Shown here in pieces: positions 1 through 12,100 of a stretch of DNA of 64,000 nucleotides (positions are counted from its first letter, which is position 1; every line of letters starts with the position of its first letter). The position numbers and the translations under genes are program-made. The notes beneath the pieces are model-generated. The model saw only the letters and a list, made by a program, of their open reading frames with translations. It searched no databases and was not told the DNA's origin. This DNA is from an uncultured bacterium (GTDB lineage Bacteria; Omnitrophota; Omnitrophia; Omnitrophales; Abzuiibacteriaceae): positions 1-64,000 of the forward strand of contig CAYLXA010000011.1 in assembly GCA_964387845.1 (NCBI GenBank). The letters run 5' to 3'.

Positions 1-171
1 TTAATACCCGACTATTTTAACTCCAAGTGGTGCACTTGCTTATTGAACTTTTGCTAATACTTCACCTTATATTATTACTATTCAGTAATATAAATTAACT
101 TTAATAATACTTTTTATACCGTTTATATTGAAAAATGAGGATTTTTAGGTATACTTTTATCAATTCGCCAT

Positions 172-3100
172 TTGGAAGGAATGTCGAATTATCCTCCGGC
201 AAGAATAATGAGATCACAAATTATTTTCCTCAAAGTTGTCGCCATCACGCTTTGTTTTACATTTTCGGTTACCAGCACAATTGCCTATGGCGATTCGTCT
301 GTCATCATAGAATCTTTCAAGCATAATGCATGGCACGTCACGCCCGCATTTCCGGGGAATAAACCTGCCCAACTCCTTGATTTTGCCCGCAAAGCCGATC
401 TCGTTGTTGCCAGCGGACGTGCGGAGCTTCGTGCAAAAGAGCTGCAAGCTACAAGCCTCAAGCTGCAATCTGATCCGTCCGCGCTGAAAGTCTTGAAGCC
501 TGAAGCTGAAGAATCCCGATCTGAATTGAGGAACGAAGAAGGTGAACTTATGAAACGTCCTCGCGCGCGGCGTGACGCTCGGGAGGACGCCGCTGAGATT
601 GAGCCCGCAGTTGAAACTGAGGCGGTGGTCCAAGCCGAAGACGCTGAAATCAATTACAACCATTTTGCGCAAAGAATTATTAATGAACCGGTGGGGAAAT
701 TGCTGATCGATAAATCTATGGTTGAACAGATCGGCAAGTTAAACGTACCGCAATTCAAACAGATGTTTTATATGGATGTGGGGGCACTCAATGCGTATTT
801 CGTCTTGTATACAATGATCAAGGAAAATCGGGAATTAAATCCGGCTATTCATGACCATATTTTGACGGAAGAAGCAAAGGAAAGGGAAAAAACGGCCGCA
901 GCGGACAAGGCTGTTCAAGCCAAAGCCCAGGAACAAGAAGTTACTGCCCGAGATACAGCTTCAAAAGTGAAGTTGGTTGAGAAAAAGCGGGCAAAGTCTC
1001 AGAAGAAAGAAGCCGGTATAGATACGATTGAACGTGTACAGCTGGCGCCGGTTGAAGCCACAAAATTGACGCAGGGACTTTTTAGGCGGACGTTATCAAA
1101 ATATAAACAGCTCTGGAAACAGATCAGACAAAATAATCTGGATAAGAAGGACCGTGCGTTGGTCATGGCGACAAACATTATGTTGCTGGGCGGCGCTGCT
1201 TTCAGCACGATGCTTTGGGTATCGACTGATTTCGGCAAATATGCCGCGTGGTTTGGATATTTATCAACCGTTTTTTTGAGTGAAGCCGGCCTGCCGCTGT
1301 TTGTTAATTTTGTGGGAACGATCGATGAAATGGTTTTGGATGTGAAGGCAGTCAACGCGACCGAACGATTTATCGAATCACTTGATCGCTTTGAAGAATT
1401 TTTCCGCCGAATGCCGTTAAATCCGATCACGGAAAAAGGTTTGATCAAAGGAATCCGGAGTTTGCCGGCTGAGATTCAGCTTGAGTTGAAGAAAATCTCG
1501 GAAGGCAAAGATTGGGATTACCGGAATCTTGAGAAGTGGTACGAAATCCGAAGAAATCAGGTTATCCGGATTTTGAGAAAAGCGGATCTTGTTATTCCTG
1601 GCGAATTGGAAAATGCGCCGGCTTGGCAGGAGGAGGAAAATGGTGGCAACCCAAGGGTTCATCGCGGCAAACTTCTAAAATTGGTTTCAGAAGCGGTTAA
1701 TGATTCACGCAACGCGAATCGGGTCGAGGAATATCGGAAATGGGCGGAAAAATACAAGAAGGCGCGGACATTATTGCGTAAGATCAAGGGCTTGAATGAA
1801 GAAGAGATGCACTTGCTCGCTGTTCAACTCACCACAACATCGTTTTACGGGCATCCGGAACTTGAAAAACGTCTGGTACGCGCATTCTCGCGTATCGAGA
1901 AACGCCAAAAAAACGCGGATCAGGCGGTCTTTCTTGACCGGGAAGAAGGAAGCAGTTATACATTCAGTGCGCAGGGCCTTGTTGATTACGTGGCCGCGCG
2001 CTTCAGATTATCGGAATCAGACTATGATCTGGAAATTGATCCGGTGCCGCCTGATTTTGTTAATCAGGTCCGCATCCGTTCCGAATTGCGCATCTCATTT
2101 CTTCAAAAACTAGCAATTATCACAACGTTACTGACCGCATTCTTTATCCCGAACACATCAAAAGCTTCGACCATTCCTGTCGGATTTATGCCGCCCATTG
2201 ACAGCGCTTACCTTCATTCAGAAGGCGTCAGAGAAATCCGAGACGATGAAAAAAATGTTTGGCAATATCAAAAATATTCCAACCTCGATATTTTAACCGC
2301 CGCCGCAGTTTTAAATGCGACGAGAGAAAGTCCAAACGCTTCAGTTGATGCTGGTGTGATTGGCGTTTTCAGAAATGAAAGGAAACCGCTTGAGGAGCGG
2401 ATCTTGGCAGCGACCGTTTTAATGCTTAAACAGAAGGATTTTAAGAAAGAAGCGGGTGACTTCCTGGTCAAAATTCTGCATGACGAAACCAAGCCCGGTC
2501 TTGACCGTACGATGGCCGCAGCGGCTTACGCGCGGCTCATTGACGAGTCCTCTCATAAAAAAACACATAAATTTGCTATGGATTATTTGGTACGGGTTCT
2601 TTATGACGCCGACAAGCCTTATGCAGAACGTTTATATGCCGCGTCAGCCTATGCGTTGTTCAAAGCAGGAAGAGATTACATTGACGGGCCTAATTATAAA
2701 ACAACCATTGAATATGCCATGAGCATTCTGGTCAGCGCATTGCATGATGAGGAAGCGCCGGTTTCTCATCGGCTGATTGCCGCTGCTGCTTACGCCGGGC
2801 TTGATGATATGAATTTCGGCGATACGCATGAATATGCTATTCGGTATCTCAAGCAGGTTTATCAAAATCCGAAATCTCAATTTTCAAACCGTGTTACAGC
2901 TGCAGCGGCGCTGCTTGCGGCGGATGAATATGATTCAGAAGACAAATTTCTGGCTCTTATGCTTCGTTTGCCGTCGTTTGATAAAAAAGGAAATGTTGTT
3001 AATGAAAGGACGCCTGTTGATTTGCTTGATGCGATTCAGAACGGTGCGTTAACAGATGCCGGTGCGCATGCGGTAAAAGAGAAATTAAAAACCATACTTG

Positions 3101-6100
3101 ATGAAGGCCGTTTGAACCATGACGTGGGTCTTTTAGTGCGTTACGCGGAGGTATTGGAAAATCCGACCGCCGTTGATTTTGCGGAAATTGTGAAACTGGT
3201 TAGTGCTGTGCTGCCTGATGAAGAAAATCGACTTGAGTTTTGGTTTGATATCGCCAAGAAAGTTCAAGATCCGGAAAAGTTTAATTTTAATTCTTACGTC
3301 TTAAAAAATCTTCTGACCGATCCCGTTCTAGATCCCGCTCAGGTCCCCGATCAGGAAATCATGGAATTCCTGATTAAGAATCATCCCGACCAAGAACTGC
3401 GCAAGCAGTTGAAAGTTCGCATGAAAGAGTCGCAGTGGCAAATGGTTAAGGGGACGCAGGTGGTATACCTTGCGCTGGTTTTTATGGTGGGTGTCGGAAT
3501 CAGCATCCAGCAAATGAAAGCCCGCCGCCGTTCCGAACTCAGAAGTATTTTGATTGAATTGTGGAATTCAGTCCAAACTATTGCACGTGATCCTATTTAT
3601 GGCCCGTCGTATGCGATTTGTTTCGGTTTGATGGCTTATATGGTAATTAAGTTTGGGCCGAGACGCGGCAGTTTCTTCCCGGGAAGTTCGCGGAATATAG
3701 AAAGAATGATCCGCGCAAAATTCAAGAATGCATCTCCATCAGATTTAGATCAAGCCCGGACGATTGTCAAAGAACTTCGGGATAAAATCGAAAAAAACCT
3801 GGAACGGCCGCATTTCGAAATACGCTATGTGCTTCCTGCGATTATTCAAAGTGCAAACAGCGTTGAGCAATTGAGAAAGTTTGTGGAATCCTTGGGCGTC
3901 TGGAAGGATGCCGGATGGTTTGATCGATTAATTGGCGGAGTTCTGCCTTTATCTTTGGTTGGACGCCTTGGTGAAGCACCTCTTTTAGTCGGAAATCCTT
4001 ATGAAAAGCCGGCAATTGAAAAGGCGATGAAAGGGATTGCCCGGGCTATTCAGAGCTCCGATGAATTCCGAGAAGGGTTTGAAACCGTTGTCATTTTCTT
4101 TGAAAAATTGAAGCAGGCAACTGCAAGAAAAAAATATTTTCGAAACGAAAGTATTATTTCTCCTCAAGTTGCTTGGGAAGAACTGCTCCAGAAAGCGCAC
4201 CAAATTCGGATGCAGCACGGCGATTTTACCGTTTCTTTTCAGCCGGAAGAGCGGGAGATCATTAACAATCGCTACACTGACAAAGTTCTGCAACACCAAG
4301 TAATTTCTGTCAATGAACCGAGCGTGGCTTCTGCGCGTTCCGTCCCAACTCACAATAAAATGCCGGGAACGTCTATTGATGGGAAAGTTGGGACGGCTCA
4401 GACTTCCGATGAAAATTCGTCAGGTTCTTCAATGAAAGTCAGGGCCGAATTGCGGCAGGCGAGCAGCCGCATGCGCGCCAAGCAGGAACGTTTATTTACC
4501 GAGCGCGCGGCGAGCCGGCGTATTGCAAGAATTGACCGATGGTTTCAGCATTATCATGATGATTATGACATGAACTGGAACCCCGAATTTTTTGCGAGTA
4601 AGCACGAAACATTCCTGGACCGTATCAAAACACAATTGCGGGATTTTGAAATCGAGAACGAAGCTATTGATATCGCGATAGAACAATCCATGTCAATTTT
4701 AATAGCGGGCGTTCCCGGCGGCATCATCCGCGCTTTCCTCAAGCGTTTTACGAACATGGTGCATCGCCATATTTACGGCCCCGTGGCGGTAGAAGAAATC
4801 AATGACCGCATGCGGCATTTTAAAGAAAGAATTGATAGAAGTCTTGAATCCGCCGCCAGCCTCGATGAAAGGCGCCGCTTGATGAAAGGTTACCGCTTAA
4901 AGCACGGCTATCTTTGGATAGACAATGTGAGGACAAGTTTTGAGGAACTTCCGGTTGATCATTCTACCGCATCTACCGTGAAAGTGATCGGCCCGCGTGA
5001 AATGAAAATCCATCAAATTGCCGGCTACTTCGAAAATATTTTGCACCGCAAGAGAGGATTGCTGACGGATCAAAAAGACCATGAAATTCTCAAGTTTCTT
5101 GTCGGCCGTTTAACGGATTCTGACCCTTGGGTGGTAAAGGCGGCAGTGTGGGGGATTAACCGTATTGCGGACCGGATGGATCCCGTGCTCAAACAATTTA
5201 TTTTGGAGCGTTACTATGAAATTCTGAGCGGCAATCACAGTGAAGTTGCCCGGGGCTCTATTGCACGGTCCATCCGTGAAGTTTTTAACCCGCAAAGTTT
5301 GGATGTCGCACTTGAGATGTTGAAAACGGAGCAAACCGAATGGGTGCAGACTTACCTCGTTGAGGTCATTCAAACCATTGTGAGCCAATCCGATAAAAAA
5401 TCACTCCGCTACAAACATTCCCGCGACATTATCGAGCAGCTGCTTGAGAAGGCGGTCGGTGATCCTGACGCAAAAAGATCGCACATCATGCTGCGCGTCG
5501 GAAGCATTAAAGCATTGGCCGAGCTTTTATGGTATGACCCTGAAGTTTTGGACCGCTTGAAAGAAATGGTTTTAACCGAGCCGGATTCTACCATTCAAGA
5601 AGCTGCAATGTGGGCACTTGCAAGATTGCATGTGGCAACGCCGGAAGGGATGGCTCAGATCGATTCGTTGCTAGAAACTTTGACGGCATATCTGGAAAGC
5701 AGTCATGCAGGCCGAAAAAACGTTTTCTTAGAACAATATGCCAGACAGCTTCTTTTTTGGCTGCAGCGGCTTTCGTCCAATCGAGATCTGAAAGCAAAAA
5801 TTTTATCGATGAAGCGTACGAATCCTGATTTTTCTTTGACCGAGAAAATTATTTTAGGCGCACTGAACCAGATTGAAAAATATACAAAGAGATTGAAACT
5901 GCTGGAACATGCAAATTGGATTTTTGAGTTGTTCCAGAGTGCGATTTTTAGGCGCGCCCGCTCAGGCTCAGCCCGTACATTAACAGCGTATCATGACCGA
6001 TTGAAAGCACAGGCCAAACGTGACGCGGTTTATTTCAGCGGTCGCGCGATGAATCCGGTTATTTTACTCGACATCGATGCGATTCTTCCGAAAGAGGGCG

Positions 6101-9100
6101 ATGAAGCCGCAAAAGCATCTGAATCCGACCACGTTTTCGATATTTTAAAATCGTTTATGGATAGAGGCTGGAGCGTGGTCGCGACAGACCGGTATCGCGA
6201 AGAGCGTGATGCAGCTCACTTCAACGTTGCCCAGGGCGCCGAAATGAAATTAAAAAGCAAGGTGCTCAGGCAAGCCATCAAATTTTTGGCGTCAAACCGC
6301 CCGATCCGTATTCCTTCAAAAGACTGGTCGCGGGGCAAGCGGCATCAGCGCATGTCCGGCCTCTTGGTTCCTGTTCCGGACGAACCGATTGTCGTGCTTG
6401 TACACGGGCCGGAACTTTGGATGGTGAAAGACATCATGCCCGGCACTTTTTCGGGAATCGTATCGGTTGGTGATTATAAAGATGCTTCTAACGGTGTCTA
6501 TTTAGACAAACTCATTGACGCCATCGAAAAGAAAGCCAACGGCCGGATTGTTCAGCGTGAACCGTCACGTTCTGAGCTGCGGCATGGGCCTGAAGATTTT
6601 GTCAGAGACGAAACCGCGCGAATGGTTCGTGAGCTGGTCGGCACTTTCTACAAAAAATCTGTTTATCCTTTCGCGCACGAAATCGACAAAGGCAATATAC
6701 GCATTGAAGATCAAATTTTAGAGGAAGCGGCCCAGGCGGGGCTTTTCGGCCTCGCGATTCCGGAAGAGTTTGGCGGCTCGGGCCTCAGCCCTATTTTAAA
6801 AATCATTGCCGACATCATCGGCTGGTATATCAATCCTTCCGTTGCGCTTTCGATCGGTGTTCACAATAGCGTTGTCAAAGGGCCGATTCAAGATTACGGA
6901 ACGGAGGAGCAAAAAAAGAAATATCTCACGAAACTCGCGAGCGGTGAATTGATCGGCGGCTATGCGCTCACAGAATTGGAAGCCGGGTCCCAGGCATTGA
7001 GCAAGCGGTTTCCACTCCAGACGACCGCTGTCCCCGTGGAAGTCGACGGAAAACAATACTACAAACTAAACGGAACCAAACGGTTTATCACGAACGCCCG
7101 TTTTGCCGGTGTTTTTGTGGGTTTTGCGATGCTGGGTGACGAGCGAAGAGTATTTATCATTGATCGTGACTTGGAAGGTGTTTCGGTCGGAGAGGACGAG
7201 CAGAAAAGCGGTTTAAAAGGTTCTTCGACCGCGGATTTAATTTTGCAAGACGTTTTGGTTCCGGCTGAAAATCTGATCCCGGGAGACGGGATCAAAATCG
7301 GCATGTCTACCATGAGCCAGGGGCGCCTCAGCATCGCCGCAAGCGCTTTGGGCGGAAGCATGCGGATTTTTGATGATACGCTGGAATATTCGAAATTGCG
7401 CAAACAATTCGGCGGGCCAATTTGGCAATTCGGCGGCGTTAAGCAAACTCTGGCGGAAATGGCCGCGGATCTTTACGCGCAGGAGTCCGTTGTTTATGCG
7501 GTCGCATCTCTGCTGACCGAAGGCAAAGTGAATGCGGCATTTGAATCGGCGGTTGCCAAAGTTTTCGTGACGGAGAAATTTAACCACATTGCCCAGAAGG
7601 GCGTCAAAACACACGGCGGCGCCGGTTACATTTCGGATACGCCCACGGCGCGCATCGGCCAGGATGCGATTGTTACTGAAATTTTTGAAGGCATGAATGA
7701 TGTGCTTTATTCGAACGTGATTGCAGCCCTCTATCTTAAGAAATTGATGACGGAAGGCAATCAGGTGCTGAACATCTCGGATTACGGCCAGTTTTATCCG
7801 GAAATCCAAAAACTTTCGAGTTTAATCGGGCAAACCGGTAAAGTCATTCTCGGAAAATTCGGAACGCTCACGCCGGAGAATCAAGATGAGTACATGGCAT
7901 TCGGGAAAATGGCCTCCGAATTTTACGCAATTGTGTCCGCAGTGCGCAGGACCCGGAAAATAACATCAGAAATTAATCCGGATGACCCCAAACTGAAGCA
8001 TTTTTTGGATGTCACACGGCTGGTTGTAGCGAGAGGCACTAAACGGATCCGCGATGAGGCGTCTCATTTTGTAGATCCGGATGTGTTCGGCGTTTCTTCC
8101 GACCAGCGTAAGTATTTTGAATTAACCCGCGGCATTGCGGAACATCTCGTTGTCAATCCGCCGAAACGCATTGTTGAATTCAACGCCTCAAACGAAAGTC
8201 AGTCAAGCCGCGCCGAGCTTCGTCTCGATCCCGTTTATCTTGTCGATTTGACAGTGTTTGGCTTGCTTGCCATTTTACCGTCTTGGTTTGCGCTTAAACT
8301 GACAACCGAGCGCTATGCTAAGCGAACGATCGATCAGCTATATTCGCCGGCGGTTCAAGAAGAGATGGATGCGAATCGTTCTTTCAATGTCAATTTTTTA
8401 ACATTTTTTTATGACCGGGCAGTTCATTGGGTCCGGTTTCTTGTAATATCATTTTTGCACGGTTTTAGTGCATGGGTAGCCAGCTATTACGCTTTCGCCA
8501 TGTATTATCCGGCGGCTTCAATTTTTTGGCCTCTTGTTGCGGCTGCGGCTGCATTTGGCGCTTCCGGTGTTTCTTTATGGATTCGCGACAAAAAGCAGGT
8601 GCGGCAAAAAATAACTGTGGCTGCACAAATTCCGGCCAAGCAAATTCACGGAAAGTTTGAGCTGAATTTTGATTTGGTTTTTGGCTTTGATTTACGCGAA
8701 CTTTTAGACGGTAAAACAGGGGAAGAGCAAGCGCTTCAAAATTTACGGGCAAAAGTAGAAGAGCAGGTGGAGAGGATCGCCGCAAACAAGGGCGCCGTTC
8801 CCGCCGAGGTGGGAAAAGTTTTGGTTCCGGTGACGCCTGAAAGCTTTGCGAGCACAGGACCCAATTTCAAAGTGGAGGGCCTTCGCGGCCAGTTTACAGT
8901 TCGCATCCCTCGAAGCAATATCAATACTATGCACTCTTTTCCGCTCAATGTTACGTCCGTCTATTTGGGCGGCCAAAAAATCGCGGTCGGCACCGTGTTT
9001 TTCGAGAAAAATAAAGATGCGCGCTCAGAGTTGAGGTCCGAGGGTGCAGCAAAAAGTGCTTTTTCGAATTTCTTAGCGAGTGTGCCGGAAGATTCTGAAA

Positions 9101-12100
9101 AATGGAAGAGTTTTTTGCGCGAGCAGCTAGCGCTTTTTGCAGCCGAATGGGTTAAGCTGCCAGGGGAATTGCAAAATTTTTTCCCGGAAGAAACGCATTT
9201 ATTTCAGGAATTTACGGCTGATAATATTCCGGCGGTCAATTTAGACAATTTCTTTAAATTAGCTGCCGTGCGCGATGCCGTGGTTGATTTTATGCCGAAG
9301 CTTAACCAAAGCAGCTCTCTTCCGCAAAATGCCGAAGCCGTTCAGATCCCGGGTTTTAACGGTGCGCTTCTGGATGGCTGGGTGATTCGCGCGGCTGACA
9401 GCAAGCAAGAAAATCATCCGGCGTTTCTGATTTTGCCGCCATGGGGCGATGATATCTCAAAATACGGAAAGCTCGCCGAACTTCTTCATCAAGAGTTTCC
9501 ATCTTTTCATGTGATTGGTTTGGATTACACCAAAGATCCAAATCTCGAAACCATTTTGAATACCGGCGGAATCGCAGAAAGTTTTGATATTGAAGCGGTG
9601 ATTCGCGCGCTTTCCAGATTTTCCGATTTGAAGATTGATCCGTCCAAAATCACGGGCATCGGTTATTCGATGGGCGCTAATACTTTGGCGATCCTGCAAA
9701 AGCGCACCGGGCTTTTGTCTCATTTTGTGCCAATCGGGCTGCACGACAGTTACGCCTCCGTGCTTGCCGGCTATTATGAGAATGTCCATATTCCGCGCAT
9801 TGCAAGAATCGTTACACGCCGGGGCTATTCATTCATTGATTGGACTGACCCAATGATACGAGAGCATGCCAAGCGATTATTGATTGAAGCCAGGCTTCGA
9901 ATGAACCAATTTACTATCGCAAGAAGGGAAATTCCTGTTAAGCCGGAGGATGATCCGTTTTTAGATTTGGCAGAAACCGCATCATCGCTCCAAATTCCGG
10001 TTCATTTTGTATTTGAAGAGGAGTCTGATCTGTTACAGGAAAGCGTTCGTGATTTTTACCGCGCTCTGGCAGGGCAAATGAATGAATCAGGCCGAACGGC
10101 GCAATACAACACCTATCCCGGAAAGCACAACAAGATTGATCCGGCATCTTTGGTCAGCGATCTCAAAACTTTTCTGACCTCTCGTTCCGAATTGACTTCG
10201 GCTCGAGCGGAGCCGAAGACTATTTCGGCATCATCGCAGAGCGCGATGATGTCCGAATTGCGGAAGCAAAATCATTTTATTTTGTTTGTGGCTGGGAGCA
10301 TTTTGTTTTGGGCGGGCTGCTTAATGACGGAGCAAAAACCTGTCAGCGAAATGCCCGCGGAAACGCCAATTGAACAAATCGCCGAAACTTCCGAACCGGT
10401 TACAAACGCACCGGCCGATGATATAAGTGAGCCTGCCGAGATTCAGAAGCAGCCGCGCGCACCGCCCAAAAGTGAATTTGAGACTTTGCTTGAAGCTTTA
10501 GAAACAGGAAATGACGACGAGCGCTGGGATGCCGCCAAGACGCTCAGCCGTTCCGCCAACTCTGCCGCAAGCGGCACATTTTTAAAAGCGCTTCAGGATT
10601 CCAATAGTTTGGTCCGCCGCGAAGCCATTATTTTCTTCCGCTATCACCATGATCCGCGAGCACCGAAAGTTTTGATCGAGCTTTATCGCAAAGAACTCGA
10701 TTTGGGCATTCGATCCGACATTGTCGAAACATTGGGAATTTTGCAGAGCGCCGAAGCCGTTTCGTTTCTAATCCAACGGATCAAACGGGAAGACGGCGCC
10801 GCTTTCTATGTTTTAAAACGCGCGTTGGTCCGTATCGGCGTTCAAGCGATTGAGCCGCTTATCGATGCGATTCGCTTTGAATACAACAAAGAATTGGCCG
10901 CTAAATATGAAGAAACCCTTCGGGAAATCTTCAGAAATCCGGACGCTGCCGAACAGCGCAAAAAAGCGGAGAAACACTGGTACGAAGCCGTCCGCCGCGC
11001 CGCGCTCGGAATTACCAGCCGTTCAGAGCTTCGTAAATTTCACGAACCAAAACCGCAAGCAAGCGGCGTGGACGCGGGCATTTATATTGAAGGGTTAGAG
11101 AAAGTAATTCGGGCGAATCGGTTCAGCGCGCTTCGCTATGACCGAACGAAAAAGCGCTGGGTCATGACTTCCATTTTGATAGATGGAAAGAAGCGCAAGG
11201 GCCTTCTGCTGTCTAGGAAGCAACTCGATGGAGTTAATCTTGCTTTTAGTACGCTTCATCAAAAACTACAAAAGGAAATGACGGAAAAGTCGAATGCACG
11301 CATCATTTTTGTTAAAGGTTTGATGCCTATATTGGGAAACCACATGCCTTGGGTTCAGCGCCCGGCCGGCCTGAGCGGTTTTTCGAAGCCGGATTTTATT
11401 CTTGACCGCAATGCTGCTTACAATCCTCTGGCTTTGTTGGATCAATTTGAATATGAAATCCGGCGTAAGCGCTTGATGGCCGGTCAATTTTCTCCTGCGG
11501 AGAAAAGAGAATTAATCAGAAACCCAAACACTTTTGATTTGCGCGTTAAATTCAAGCAGGTTTATCTGGAAGCTCATGCTCAGTTGATTCAGGATAATGT
11601 TATAAATTCCAGAGATGAGCTTTCGTTCTACGATTCAACCCAGAGAACGCGCCTGCTTGAGCTTGTGATTTTGCAAGCTGCGCAGGAAGCGACCCAAGTT
11701 CGTTACCGGTCTGTCGAAAACGCTTTAAAAGCACTTGATGAGGCAGCCAAGGATGGAAATCATTCAGGACATCAAGTCGCAATTGGTATCTTGGCCTTGC
11801 ATGCATCTGACATTGCAGCCCGATTAATTAAAAAATCCGATAATGAGTCAATCAAGATCGCCGCACTGGACTATATTGCATCGGCGCTTATTGATCAAGA
11901 TACAGCTTCCCCAGCAATAGAGATTACTGGTGGCCTTCATCATGAAATCCGAAATATTCTAACCAATTCTAAAAACCCCCGGCTTAAAGCTGCCGCACTT
12001 CAACTTTTCACAGTCTTGATTTATGTTCAGCTAGTAGATTCGAACGAGAAGCTTAATGCGCTTGAATATCATTATGCCAATCTCGAACTGGTGATCAGAA

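Noticed and set aside
1-171. Promoter for the giant gene in the AT-rich upstream 170 nt
   Set aside because: Several weak -35/-10-like hexamers (TTGAAC, TTGCTA, TATAAT-like runs) occur, but none has convincing spacing. It was not called.
6061-6110. HAD-phosphatase motif (VILLDIDAIL) within the giant protein
   Set aside because: It has only a DxD without the following G-T and without downstream HAD motifs II-IV. It is too weak to call.
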